63,186 bases of DNA, filler included, from Sphacelaria rigidula (GCA_964200075.2; 11 parts of 11 records of this genome joined end to end with filler, not necessarily neighbours in it), one strand, 5' to 3'. Positions 11,509 through 24,715 are shown, counted from the first letter of the whole stretch. Translations and numbers: made by a program. Notes: generated from the sequence alone by a model not told the origin.

Positions 11509-12094
11509 AACCCCAAAAAGGACATGAGATAAAAATTTAAAAAAAAAAAAAAAACTCTGTGGTTCATTACACTGAGCTTCAAATCATATTTCTATAAATT
11601 GAGCTAAAAAATTGAGATAAGGCCCAAGAGCAGTGTTCATTTCTCCTCAACACTGCCCTAAAAACGGGAAAAAAAAGTTGAAAAAAAAGTTGAAAAAAAT
11701 GAAGACGCTATTTGTTTCTAGCTTGATTATGCACCATCGGTTCTCCATTCGAAATTTGATCGCATAACTCTCAGAATTGAGACGCGATATCCAGAGTTAG
11801 TTAATCTCGTGCCTCTGCTCGTCATGTATTGATTTTAGTGGAGAACCTTTTGTGAGCCATATCTCGAGATATATTACGAATGAGGTGAAGGTAAGGGTAT
11901 CTATCGTCTCCCCGTACTCCAGGAAAGATTTACACAAAAAATCATCGTCACCCAATGTAGATGTCAATCAGGGTTTCATATAGGTTTTAGTGTCGACGCT
12001 GCCTCCGTTAGGTATAGGAGTTACTTGACATGGGGTTTAATCAACGAGAAAATATTGACCCAGACTTTTGAGCAAAAGGGCACCCCCCCCTTAA
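11509..12094 (-). mobile_element. Probable DNA transposon end (TTAA followed by GGGGGGGG; Kolobok-like)
   Basis: Minus strand reads TTAAGGGGGGGGTGCCCTTTTGCTC followed by AT-rich non-coding DNA. The other end is not visible. Confidence 0.3.
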
Positions 12095-12904
12095 CTAGAC
12101 GACTCATACGATATGCGGATCATGGCTCAACTCGTCTGTGTCGATGAGATATTGCTTTGAGAGCTTAATTCCGTTTCTAGGCTGGCCCAGCTCGTATCAC
12201 TATTTAGTTAGCCCACCTTCTGTTGCCGGTTCAGTACGTTGGTACTTTGAGTGTCATCATGATACCTTTAGATGGGTTCAAAGGGGTTTAGGTTGGGGGC
12301 AGGGCGTAGCTACTCTAATAGCTCCTCTTGCTCATGGGGAAGAACTGGTACGCACTGCATGCTGCGTGCGTTCAGAACGATGTCCGGAGGCCCTGAAGCG
12401 CTACAGGTTGATACTGATGAGTGTACCGAAGTACGACTCGCTCGCCCCTTGGAACATAGTTGGTCTTCCACACGAGCTCTGTGCCTTTTGCAGCGTGTAG
12501 CCATGGTCCAAGGAGACTGTTGTCCCCACCACTAACACGTCCCCTGCTGGCTTTTTCGTAATGTCAACTTTATCCGATTGTAGTCATGGACTTCAATTGT
12601 TTCCCTCAGTTATTTGTTTATATGTTGTCGCGCGCATTTCGTATGCTTGGTGATTGTGGCAGCCTTTTGCAGGGCGACGGGTGGGAGGTAGGCGCTGGTT
12701 GCCTCGTGAGCGGCGTTCGATCACTGCGTGCAGGTACGTTATGCACCTATAAATTGGGCCCAAATCCATAGCTTACAGTACTTGATTTTGAGGTCAATGC
12801 TCTGTACAATAGTCATGATGGGTTTTTATGGGTGTGTCTTCTCTGCACAAGCGTCTCCAGTTGTTTCGCTTTCAGACCACTTGAATAGGGATTCGTGTTT
12901 TTTT

Positions 12905-13435
12905 TCTCCAGTTGACTTCTTTTCAAAATCCGATGTGCCGATGTGCCGATTTTTTTGCGTTCTGATGCCACCGGGCCATAACCTGCATCGTCATAACCCA
13001 CAACCCCCAAGACATGATGATGGCTGAAGTGAGGTCTCTTGAATAACGTACCGACACGAATACTGCGGCAGCATATCACGTCCTGGGGCATGATGTGGAC
13101 CATGACGGCCATGCCGCTGTAGCTGGCGACAATGGTCAAGTTTCGCATCGTTTGTGGGTCATGTCGCGGGAAAGTCTATACTAGATTAAACTTGACCTCC
13201 AGCACCAACTACAGCAGCATGGCGGTCACGGTCCATACCATGCCTCAAGACTTGATATGCTGCTCCAGTGGGTGTGTCGGTACGTAATGTAAGAAAGCTG
13301 ACTCCAGTCGTCGCCATGTATTGGGAGTTGTGTGTTATGATGACAATAACTACGATGACTATGGCCCAGTGGCATCAAAACACAGGAGAATCGGCACATC
13401 GGCCGATGGGATTTTTGAATAAGAAGTCCACTTGA
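12905..13435. repeat. Long degenerate inverted repeat (arms of about 240 bp, loop of about 45 bp)
   Basis: 12905-13143 aligns with the reverse complement of 13188-13435, e.g. GTACCGACAC...GGTCAAGTTT vs AAACTTGACC...GTGTCGGTAC. Confidence 0.8.
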
Positions 13436-14412
13436 CAACAAAATCTACACCCCTAGAAGAACTGGCCGCACGTGCCAATCAACCGCAACCCACCCTTCAA
13501 TGGAATCGAATCATCCTGGTAGAAAGTCCACTTGAAGCTAATGACAATGAATGCTGCCTGTACTAGCTTTCCCACTTGTACCCCCCCCCCCCTCCCCCCA
13601 ACTCAGCCTAAGCTTGGTGACTGCGAGACTTGTCTGGCAAAAACCCGGCTTTGCAGGGATGTGAGGTCGATAGTCTTATGACCATGGCATGCAAGATCAT
13701 GACTACACTTACGGAAAATTGGCTATAGCTTCTCTTGGCTCTGGGTGTTGCCTGTGGGACGAGCACAACACAACCCTTGTAATGGGTCGCAGCGTGTATG
13801 ACAGAGCGTGCTTGGGGCGCGTTACAGCTTCGGAGAGTGGGGCGCTTGTTTGCATGGCCGTTATTGCCATACATCGCGGATGTGTGGTGGGGGGAGTTGC
13901 AATTGCCTGCCATGGTACATGCCGTGGCACGTTGTAGAGTTGTTGTAGAGTTAGCCCGAAGTTGACGTGCGATAGTAAAAGAGACAAGCCATTGGAGCAG
14001 ACGATGCGGACACGGCGAGTTTTGTATTGCATACGGTGATTTGTACGTCAACGGCGTTGAACACGCTCACCCCGAGCGTGCTGTCATTGAGTGAAAATGA
14101 CTCGACCACATTAGAGTGGCTGACTTGTGTACACATCTCATGACTACAGATGCTTGCTTCGTCCTTCTCAAGTATGCTCGGGTGTCTATAAACAACGAGG
14201 GGTCTGACCCAGATATGGGAGGGAATAGTTTGAAAGGGTTGATCACTTTGACCGACTGATTACTGATATCCGATGCCTCGATGTCGCAGAATAATGGAAT
14301 CGAAGAACTGACTCCTTGAAGCACCTACGTATTTTATTAGCTCACATTCCCAATGTATGCACACCGCCGGTGAACATGGCTTGCAGACTTTCGACTGCGG
14401 CTTCGAGCTGGT

Positions 14413-14910
14413 ATGTGCATCCAGCAGACTGACCTCGGGTCCGAGGAGGATGTCGTACTGGACGAGGGCGATGGTGGGGAAGATGAACCGGACGAAGACG
14501 AGGAAGAAGGGGAACAAAACGAAAGGGAAACGGGATCTGATGGTAACGAAGACGAACAGCAAGGGGGAGATGAAGGGGAAGAAGACGAAGAGGAAGAGCA
14601 AGATGAGGGTGGGGACGGGGAGGATGATTCGAAGTCGTTCGTTGTTAGCATTTTCGCAGTTGGCGATGACATAAAGGCCCACTACACAAAACCCACCGCG
14701 ACCTTCTGCGGCGCGACCTGGTCCAAGTTTTTGGGTTATACGGGAGCAACCGCGGAAGATATTTGGGGGGATGTTCCTGAGGCAGCTCGCACGCTGTGGT
14801 CGGTGAGTAATCAATCCTCTTACCGGTGTGATGCGGGTTGGAGCATTCTCGAAGTAGGGTATGCGTTCCGTAGACGACCGGCGGCCGTACGCAAGTTGTC
14901 CCATCGCACC
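14413..14910 (+). pseudogene. Decayed coding segment: D/E-rich tract followed by a Tudor-like start (FAVGDDIKAHY)
   Basis: Acidic low-complexity ORF. The same frame upstream (14090-14410) has several stops. Confidence 0.35.
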
Positions 14911-15069
14911 ATTGCTGTCGAGTTTTTTCTAATACGTACCTTTCTTGGATACGTGTTGCGGTGGTTATGTGCCAACTTGGCTGAAATTTACCCCCTAACC
15001 TGTTGGTCGCATGACATATAATATCGTCACATTACTGACTGGTTGATCGATTTTGCGCTTTCGCCCGTT

Positions 15070-15100
15070 CAGTCATAGTCATAGTCATAGTCATAGTCAT
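15070..15100. repeat. (CATAGT)n microsatellite
   Basis: About 5 tandem units. Confidence 0.85.
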
Positions 15101-15639
15101 GGTATTGAGGAATCCAGCCTTGGTCATTATCCATAATATAGACGTACCCCAGATGAACAAAATCAGAAACATTTGCTGAAGGAAACTTGGCAAAGGGACG
15201 GGACAAGAAAAGATCATGAAGAAAAAGTGATGGAAAGACGGAGGAAACTAGGCAAAAAGACAAAGTAGAAGGCACACGAGGGAAATGAAGAGAAAATGAG
15301 CACGAAAACACGAGTAGTGCAGTTGTTTCCGATGAAACTAGTCAAATGACTCAAGTAAAAAACAAAAAGAGGAGGAAAAAGCAGAAATGGGACACCAAGA
15401 TTGCGCAAATCGTGTATACCATCAAAGCTAGGAATATCGCCAAGCTCGCAAGCCATGGGAAGAAATTAATAGCCGATGAGATGAAACAGAGGTTAAGCGG
15501 CTACCCCCGCCTCACCTACACAGCCGTAGTCGTATTTAAAGCGAGTCACTCTCTCGACCATTTCCGTCCTGGTTTCTCCGCGAGCTGTTCCTGTGGTTGT
15601 TGGGTCAGTAATGACGTGTCTATTGTCGGTTGTTCTTAG

Positions 15640-16390
15640 CGCAACAGTTATTGCTTGCGGGGTAGTTCTGATTGGCATGGGTCTTCGCGTCGCCACACCT
15701 CCTCGAACCCATCCACACCTTTCTTAACACCCAGGCGTCAGTTTCCCACTTTGTTCGCCACAGTGACCCAATTTTGCGAGTCTTCGACCTCCATACTGAA
15801 GGCGAACCAATTCCTGTGCTATGCATCGCGTGGGACAGCCCCTAGCGCACGCAGTTTCTCATGGAGGCGGCTCTCACAGTGTTTTGAAGAACGACCGGCT
15901 TCCTTGGACCCTTGTATGACCAACCGTCCGGACATGATGCGCTTCGGAAGGCGTGTTTCGTCCTGGCGACACAGTTCTGTATGAACGAGGCTTGTGTCCA
16001 GTGCGATCTTTCCTGCGAAAGCCAACTGCTCAAAGTAAAAGCTTGTGGGCAGTGCGGAGGTTTCGATGTCCTCTCGGCGCAGCTTCCACGTCGCACACCA
16101 CTACAGCTAGCCTACACCACCTTCGCTTTGAGCAGTAGGATACTCAGCAAAACTTCGGCGTTAAGCCGATGTTAAGGTTGGGAACAATACTTGAAGAGGC
16201 GTGCCCACCCAGCACCGATGCGGCGCTTTTTTTCGATGAAAATATTCGCGTCTGCGCCGACAGCACCGCCAAGGTAGACAATCTCGGTCGTTCGCGTGTA
16301 CCCTTGGCCTGCCTTGATGTGTAGTGCGGTCTCTGGATAGCTGGGTACTGACAACAGGCGCATGGTCTGTTGCCTTGTTTCAGCGAACGG
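15640..16390 (-). mobile_element. RTE-like LINE, 3' ORF fragment, degenerate
   Basis: YLGGAVGADANIFIEKKRRIGAGWARL, AVGFRRKDRTG and RQDETRLPKRIMSGRL..GRSSKHC. Homologous to 55674-56105. Confidence 0.85.
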
Positions 16391-17394
16391 ACAACTTCAG
16401 CAAATATGTACTTGGTATTACATTAGTTGCTTGGATAGGTAGACTAAGTCCGACGCTGCAGTGTTACATGTTACATGGTGCTGGTAGTCTCAGGCAGAGC
16501 ACGAACAAATCTCGCGTCTGCTCGTATAATACAGGCTGATTCAGGGCGAATGCCCAAAACTTCTTCCCCACTAGATCCAGAACGCAAAAGTGACCCGACA
16601 GAAACATATTTGGTACCATGGCGACCGCCACGAGCAAGCGAACTGTGTAGCATGACGATATTTTCTCTTGCGTCCTTTGCCGTGGCGCTGGTAGCAAAAA
16701 TGTTTCCCGGCCAATCAGAAGCCTCCCAATTGTTCTAAAATTTCAAGTGCGAATTTTCGACGCAATTTCTACTCAACCTCATAATGAATCAGACCTTGAT
16801 GAGCGCCGTCAGCCAGGGAATCTAACACAAATATTTTTGAAAACGGTTTTTGTGAGATCGAGTTAAACCCCGAAACGTGGTATTTTGGCGAAGTGTGGTT
16901 TGGGTGTCGTCAGACTTCCACTCATGATACGTATCCAAAACTGAGAAAGGCTCGTGACGTTTTCTCTTGCAGTTTTTGTAGAAGTGCTCCGATCATCGTC
17001 AATCTTGGTAGTTTGACAGGTATGGGTGCTGCGAATAGCGAAACAAAATCGTTGAAGATCATTTCAAAGTTTATCCGCTCCCTGCCGGCTTGTAATGAGC
17101 TACGGAAGGAAAGTAATGAGCGCCAGAATGTTGGAGGTGTCTCTATTAGGAGTAGGAATGGTNNNNNNNNNNNNNNNNNNNNNNNNNNNNNNNNNNNNNN
17201 NNNNNNTTAATTAATTAANNNNNNNNNNNNNNNNNNNNNNNNNNNNNNNNNNNNNNNNNNNNTTCGGGTCGGGGGCCCGGCTGGCGGGGGAGGTGTGGGT
17301 AAACTCAATGATGAATAACACCCCCCTAAGTTCAAATTGGATCTATCTGTTATTGCCGCAGCACCGTCCTTGCTGGCATATGTGTATGATGGAG

Positions 17395-17740
17395 AACAGT
17401 AGTAGCGGTGACGGGCACATTGCCCTATTTTTTCAACATGTTTTCAGCGCACAGAGGCACGTCCTGTCCAAAAGGAGAGGCAGAGAGAAATCGATGTTTC
17501 GCGTTGGCGACAGGCAAGAAGAGACCACGGAATTTCTCCGCACGTCGATGCTCTGGTACATGAAACATTTTGCACATGCTGGTAAGATCAAGGATGCCAA
17601 TCTCTCGAGACTTTGGTATTCGCCGAGCGGGGACACACAAAGGGCACGGGCGAGGAGCTTCCTCTCTGTCGTTGCTTCTCTCTCTGGTGATATCGTCATC
17701 GACACGCGTGTACACCGCATTTCGTTGGGTGCACCTAGCC
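17395..17740 (-). repeat. Dispersed repeat of about 350-500 bp
   Basis: Reverse complement matches two tandem copies at 52230-52585 and 52725-53100. Confidence 0.75.
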
Positions 17741-17936
17741 AGAGTTGCTCAATCCTTGGACCGCGGTGCCCGTAGTCCATCTGGACCACGCGTGTACTTT
17801 TTTCAAGAGAACATTGATGCCAATTCAGTAGGTGACCTGCTCTCGCGGTCTAACGGGTAACTCCTGCTGCGGAGGTTTGGGAAGGAAGATACTTTCGCTC
17901 TGTGTTACTCTTTCGTATCTTCCCTGCAATAGAGAA

Positions 17937-18066
17937 ATGGGACTTCAACCCCATTTTTTATTTCAACCCCGAAAAATTGGATCGGCTGTTATTTTCCAAC
18001 GGACTAGGGCCCGAAAAATCAATCCGCGGGAGAAAAAAATGGCTGTAGATGGGGTGAAATCCTCAT
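17937..18066. mobile_element. Short MITE-like element
   Basis: Imperfect TIR ATGGGACTTCAACCCCAT / ATGGGGTGAAATCCTCAT. Related pieces near 61880-61950 and 62830-62872. Confidence 0.45.
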
Positions 18067-18163
18067 GTTTGTATAAACAAATATGGATTGGTTGCCATAC
18101 GATATGGTCTTGGCTTGTGACAACGGAGTACTGCGCAGATATCGGCACGGTTTCCAAGGTGGA

Positions 18164-18164
18164 G

Positions 18165-18206
<42 letters not shown>
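18164..18206 (+). repeat. (ACA)n microsatellite, possible retroposon tail
   Basis: About 14 ACA units. Confidence 0.85.
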
Positions 18207-18239
18207 CCTCGAAACGAATGTCGAATGGCTGGCGCATTC

Positions 18240-18543
18240 CGCCGCTAGAACACCAGGTCCGTTCCGCACCTGCCTCACACAACAGCTGTACCACTTCGAG
18301 GTGCCCTCGTTGAGCAGCGGATATGAGAGGTGTCCACTCTTGGTTGCCGTGCTCTACGCTCGCTCCCGCGGCCAACAGCACATGAAGAACGCTAGCGTGT
18401 CCGTATGATGCCGCATGATACAGAGGTGTGGCGGCCTCGTCGTCTTAGGCATCTAAGCTGCCGACACTCCCAATCAGTCGAGAAACGCGATCGGCGTTGT
18501 CATCGCGTATCGCAATTAGAAGAGCTTTCAACTGCTTGTTCAT
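18240..18543 (-). pseudogene. Ankyrin-repeat protein with an in-frame TAA at codon 33
   Basis: ATG at 18543 gives MNKQLKALLIAIRDDNADRVSRLIGSVGSLDA*DDEAATPLYHAASYGHASVLHVLLAAGASVEHGNQEWTPLISAAQRGHLEVVQLLCEAGA. Two canonical TPL..AA..GH repeats. Stop at 18445-18447. Confidence 0.8.
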
Positions 18544-18949
18544 CTTCGTTGGTGCGATGTACTACACGGCAAGTCACTGCAGGCTATACGATTACGATGT
18601 GATTGTATTGCGGAAGATACTACAGTGCAACGCCGATGAACCTCGGAACAGTTTATGTTGAAGTCACATTGGGTCGTTTGGAAGCCGATACCCGTTGATC
18701 ACCAGTGGGCTTCAAACGAAGCGCAAGTCATCAGTGGGAGGAGGCACCAGTGGCCTCGACAATCGCCCAGGACAGAGGTACTAAGTTGACCAGACCCGTA
18801 CGTCACGATCTGGATAGTTCATTGGGGTTCAATGGTGGGGTGAATCTTTTGCAAAAAGAATCGCAGTCCAAGCGGCGTGGTGGGCTCATAAATTGTTGAT
18901 TGAACGTAGACAACCGCACAGCGGGGAACGGAGTGGCTTCGTCCAGCGG

Positions 18950-19369
18950 ATGAAGCAAAGATTTAATGGCAGACAGAGTGGCGGCGGAGGCGGAGGTCGA
19001 CGGGAGATAGGAGACGACAAGGCCTCGCCCGCAAAGGGCTGGCTTCTTGCTCTCCTGGGCATCACTACCCTGTCGGCAGCGACGATTGCGCTGCTACACC
19101 GAAGAAATCGTCAGCGGAGAAGCAGTAATAGTAGGGTGGTTGCAGGTGCGAATGGGCATGGGCGTGCGGATACGAGGTTCGGCTTGGCGCACGCGCGCAG
19201 CCTGTCGGATACTTTCGCCTGGAATGCCGATGGGGTGGATATCGGAGCAGTGCTTGGCGTGGATATAGGTGGCACACTTTCGAAGCTCGTGTACTTCGAG
19301 AAGAAAGCCCCGAGCGCTGCGCAACCTGCCGGACGGCGACCATCAGGGGATGATCCTATGGGAAAGAAG
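18950..19369 (+). CDS. PANK: Type II (Fumble) pantothenate kinase, first exon
   Basis: GVDIGGTLSKLVYFE phosphate-1 motif, donor AAG|gtgact, and an N-terminal hydrophobic segment. Confidence 0.8.
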
Positions 19370-21744
19370 GTGACTTTGAATTACGATGACCGCCTGCTGT
19401 ACTGTACTCTCTATACTGCACGCAGAACGTGAATATACGCGAAGTCGTAATTATGATACAGACGGAGGTGCAGTGCGTAGGGCATGCCGATGTCAGCTTT
19501 TGATACTTGTGAGGCATGATCTACACGCTTGAGGCGAATCGCATTGCGCTGCTTGTGTAGAGCATTTGCTTCCATACAGTGGGTCTGACAATTCAATCGT
19601 GCAGTGCAAGTCAAGCTAGCCGTGTGTGCGGAGTTACGAGTATGCGTTTGCGCGTCACCGGGAGAAGTTCGGCTCCTGCTTGTGCACGTACTTCAACCTG
19701 CGGCGGCTAGGTCACGGTTTTCCGAAGGCCACATGTCGTGCCGTCAACCATTAGCTGCTGCACACGTTCACAACAGCTTGACAGGGTGACGGGTACGGTA
19801 CGGCACTATAGTTGTGTGTGGTTTCAAAAGCACCTCCTGCAACGACGACACGCTGACCGCATAAAGGATTTTGATATTGCACAGAAGGGCAATCCACCAA
19901 GAGGCAAATTCTGCGAAGTTTCTCGGGTGGTGTAAGAAAAGCTGCGCTCTCCGCACCCACTCCCCCGAAGGACTTGTCCACAACAATGTCAGGCCCCGGT
20001 TGCAGCTGGCAGTCCTGTCCTCATCAATTCCCCCCCTGATGTAATCGATCCCGCCTTACAAAAGGCGAAGCTACCAATCTGCTGTTGCCACAGCTGACCT
20101 CTGGTGTCGCCGCGCTTTTGTCAACGTTGGGCAGTGTGAGGCTCACACTTATCCGTACCAGGAGAGATTGCACTGTACTGTTATCGCACCTTGTACTCTA
20201 TTGTCTGGGCTATCGTCTACAAATGTACGGCCGTGCTGTCGCCACCACTGTACTTCACTGTTCGACTTGTTCAAGAGTGTGTTGCGAAGGGTATTTCCCA
20301 CCTCTAGGCATTTTGACACATCATACTCAGCGTACTCCAAAAATGGGTAGATTATTTCAGTGATATCGTTCTCAACAATCCCCAGATATTTGGTAGCGTA
20401 AAGATCAGATATCGGACCAAAGCAACATAAACTTTGGGAGAGTATATATACCCGGCTGTTTACCCTACCCAACATTCCGTTGCATTTTTTTATTAGATTA
20501 GATTTTACTCCCTCCGGTCCATTACACAGGTACAGCAATCCATTAGGGAAAAGTCGAGAAACATGTATGTCTGGTGTGTGGCAACCAACATTTAGTGGAC
20601 GTTCCTTTCCTTTACAATCTCGGACAGATTAACAGCGTGTAGCTTGTGGGTGTCGAGTTGAGCAGTCAGATATGGATATTCCTTGTACGTGTATTGCCCG
20701 GCGTGTACCAGGTGCTGTATAGCGTAGTATCCGCAGTCCTTTCTGATACCGACCCCATTTGGGGATGTCAAGCGGGCCAGCGTGGACATTCTCCATGGTG
20801 CGGCTTGAAAACATGTGGACTACGGCCCTGAGCAATCGGGCTCGGGCCGCGCCTCACGCACCGAAAATCTTTAGTGCAAAAAAAGTTCGGGCTTTTCTTC
20901 GGACTCTCTCCCTTCTTGTGGATGGTTTTTGCATCCTTTTCTAAGGAAAAAATTATCCGAGATATCTTTTCCTCCGTACGGTAGAACTGCTGTTCCCGAC
21001 CGTTTTGTCGAGTTGAACGGTTCTGTTTTCGGAGATAAATCAAACTTCGGTGGAAAAATTGAGCACTGAAGAACGCTTCCCTTCAAGCACAAAACTGCTA
21101 GCTGTACACACTACAATGCAAACAGCACACGCGATGTACCTTACAGTACAGTAACACCGTGGGACAATGATACAGCACACGCAACTTCAGTACGTAGCTG
21201 TACATCTGTACCATCAGTAAAGTCCGTTATGGGGTGCAGTTCATATCGTGGCAACGTCCGAAGCGTGTAGTACTTCAGTGCAGCAGGGCGGCGCGAGCCA
21301 TAATGGGAAAAACGATCCAGGGGTTCTAACTCTACAGGAGTGGGGCAGGGTTGGCATGGTGGAGCTTGTCGCGCGGCCTGCCCAGTCAGTCACCTGACTT
21401 GAACGTAAACGACTTGGGCTTCTTTGCATCTCTCAAGTCAGGGGTTTGGGGAAGGAAAGTACGCACAGTACGACGGTGACACGTTAGACAGGGTTTGGCA
21501 AAGGCTCTTTGAGGTCTACAACTAAACACCCCGAAGTTAGGCGTTACGACTTCAGTATGGAGCATACCAGGGTATCGGAGCGGCAGAGGGCAGAAACGTT
21601 GGGAAGAGTGGTGAAGTACGATCAGAATGCCTTCTCTGAAGCCCGTGACTATAATAATATCAAGTTCCAGGAATGTAGAGGACAGCTCCTTTTTTTTTTC
21701 TTCAACTTTTACTCATTCCCCAACCCCCCCAGAGTAGGTGCGAA

Positions 21745-21894
21745 CTACCGCCATTTTTGGGCCGAAAGATTTTTTGTCGGGCCATTCGCCCGTGCAGTGT
21801 ATGCGCGAAGAAAAGGAAACGGTCGACTGAAAAACGCCGAAGATTTCGATAATTTTTTCGCGTAAGGCATCGGACGCGGTTAAGGGCTCGTGTA
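21745..21894. repeat. End of a dispersed repeat/MITE
   Basis: ...ATCGGACGCGGTTAAGGGCTCGTGTA matches 53430-53578 (...ATCGGACACGGTTAAGGGCTCGTACA). Confidence 0.6.
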
Positions 21895-22246
21895 AACATG
21901 ACGGGCTTTACGCATGGCATAGAGGGCGTATACATGCAGCAACTGCAACAGTCACTGTTGTTGTATGGTACTTGCACGTCAAGGGAAATGTACAGCAAAA
22001 TTATTGCAGCAAAGATCTCGCGGGCGGGCGCCCCAATCCATCTTGGTCTATAAAGTAGCCGGTTTTTTTTTCGAGGATTAAAGTATACGGTTTGTGCAGC
22101 AGTCTTGGTCGAGAGAAGGTGTCGGGGAAAGGTCACTGCTCTGAATTGGTCTGGAATATTTTTTTTAACAAAAGGAAGAGGTCTGATGCTTTGAGTGCAA
22201 ACACCGTCGAAGCGTGGCCTGTCCTTGTAAATATGTAATCGAATAC

Positions 22247-22543
22247 AACAATGTTTTCGTGAGATTGAGAATAGACGGTACGATTGAGAGTGAAAAGCGG
22301 TCAATTAGTGAATGAATCGTTTCAGTTCCGAAATGCCCCTCCACGAGGCCCGATATTCTTTCTGTAGTAGCTTGCCACTGAGATGCTTTTTCACTGAGTA
22401 GGATATCGACGTGTAGCTGTAAGCACACGGCAGTGAAAGAGGCAAAGAAGATCACATACGGAATGATAAATTGGCGAAGTTAAAGCGAGTGATCAAAGCC
22501 ACTCTCTATTCGCGCTCTACTCTCAATCTCACGAATACGTTAT
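22247..22543. mobile_element. MITE with degenerate TIRs of about 45 bp
   Basis: TTCGTGAGATTGAGA..GAGAGTG / CACTCTC..CTCAATCTCACGAA. The right end recurs at 28769-28838. Confidence 0.6.
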
Positions 22544-22835
22544 ACCTAGTCTCTATACTCCTTCGGCGTCAGTTAATACTACCTTGCCCTTTCATGGCAG
22601 AACATTGCGTAATCAGACGGTCATGAGGGACGGCAAAGCATACCATGATGACAATGAGAAAGGGGTAGAGTGGTACTCGCCACATCACCGTGAGCAGTTT
22701 TGCAGGTTAAACGCGTCCGTATTTGAGGATGCGTCGATCCTTTTAGAACATTTCAAGATACTATCTGTAACCCTTCGACCTTCAGGATCGTCCGGATTAG
22801 TTTCGCCGGCTGTTAGTCCAGAGGTTTGAGTCTTT

Positions 22836-22869
<34 letters not shown>

Positions 22870-23703
22870 GTTTGTGCCCTCGTTTTTTTCGCTTGTCCCC
22901 CCCCCCCCTTTTTGCNNNNNNNNNNNNNNNNNNNNNNNNNNNNNNNNNNNNNNNNNNNNTTAATTAATTAANNNNNNNNNNNNNNNNNNNNNNNNNNNNN
23001 NNNNNNNNNNNNNNNCCTCTCCCCTTCCCCCCCCCCCCCCCCCTCCCCCCCCCCCCAAAAAATGAGCCCCCCCCCCCCCCCCCCCCCCCGCTTCACCCTC
23101 GTCCGAATTTTTCAGGCAAAATATGGGTTTCTCGCAGCGACTTTCAGCCAAACACGGATATCTTGAATGCCCAGACAACGCCCAGGTTTTTTTTTCGGGC
23201 GAACAAGCATGTTTTCACAGTTGTTTCCGAGCCAAATGCGGATTTTTATTAGCTCGGGCAGCACCCACGATGTCGTTTTCTTTTTCTTGAATAACAACTT
23301 TAAACATGAGGCATGATAAAGAAAGGAAGACGCAAATTGGAGAAGGAAGGCAGACATATACGTCGTGTAACGTGCCTATGATCACCACGACGCACACCGA
23401 GGTGGTAGACTCCGGCACCGACGGGCACAGGTCATCGGCCGCGTGCGCTCAAAACAGTATTTCCGCCGAAAACCGATTAGTACCGAAATAAAGGTCAACG
23501 GATATTTCAAGGCTACGAAAAAATCAAGGGTAATCGAGTGTAATATTTTTTCCGCGGCCAGACTTGATCAGATGTAGACTTCCGCCTACTGTGCAGACTC
23601 CAAGCCCGCCGTCAAGGTTCGTTTCACGGTATCTGTAAGTCTTCAACCGCCCGGCAGCTTCCTCCGTTACTACATATACATGGAAGTTTTCTCTCCTCCC
23701 ACA

Positions 23704-24093
23704 TCAGCTGCGAGCACTTGTACAACCACCACCGAAAATGCTGGACTGTCTTGGACGTAAGTACCTCGCTTGCGATATCACGCCCAAGAAGTTATCGTTA
23801 GCCGCACGCCTACCATGGCCACCGTTGCCGTCACTACCGCCACCCCCATCGTGGGTTGCCGCAACACTTTTTTGTGCTTCGCTACAACATGTGCAGCGGG
23901 AGCCGGTCCGAGGATGACATCCCCCGCCCCCCTGAGGACGACAGCAACATTCATGATCATGCTGATGAGGATGGTAGCTGCACTCCTCTGATCCCCACAT
24001 GGACGTGGTCTCATCTCCGTTCGGTTCGCGTCGTCGTTGTTGTCGTAGTTGTGGTTGTGGTTGTGGTTGTGGTGCTGGTGGTGCTGGTGGTGG

Positions 24094-24133
<40 letters not shown>

Positions 24134-24199
24134 GGCTGTGGTTGTTGCTGCTGCTGCTGCTGCTGCTGCTGTTCCTGCTGCTGTTGGCTGTTGTGTTGG

Positions 24200-24241
<42 letters not shown>

Positions 24242-24660
24242 TGCTGCTTCCGCTGCCTCTGCTGCTCTTCGTTGCCGCTAATATGGTCACCTTCCGTGAC
24301 GATTTCATCGTTGGTGCCATTGTTGCTGCCGCCACGATAATCACGACTACTGTTAGCGGCGTGGATCACTGGGTCCATTACGCTCGGTGCGGAAACGCGC
24401 GGTGACGAAAATAACTGTGTTTGCTGCTCCACTTGACAACCTCCGATGATATCATCGCCATGTCGATGCTGTTGTTTTTTTGCGCTGGATGTTTCGTTTT
24501 CTGATATACTTTTAATAATAGTAGTAGTAAACCTAGTATCAGCAGCGTCCCTTTCACAGATTACCAATGTTTTGCTTTGCCTCATCGAGAGTTTTGATAG
24601 TTGCCCATGCTCCCCAGTCCCTGCTGCTTCATTTTCACCACCGCCGCGGTCACCATTATC

Positions 24661-24715
<55 letters not shown>

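Noticed and set aside
19884..20100. Second PanK exon
   Set aside because: A plausible acceptor exists, but no phase-compatible frame with PanK similarity was found.
22835..23100. Long G/C homopolymers as G-quadruplex elements
   Set aside because: They lie at scaffold ends in low-quality sequence, as do similar runs at 51781-51870. The run at 37030-37105 is also garbled.
23778..24405. PolyCys, polyLeu, polyVal and polyAsn ORFs
   Set aside because: These are alternative-frame or antisense readings of the CAG/CAA microsatellite. Only the polyQ frame splices to the hydroxylase.
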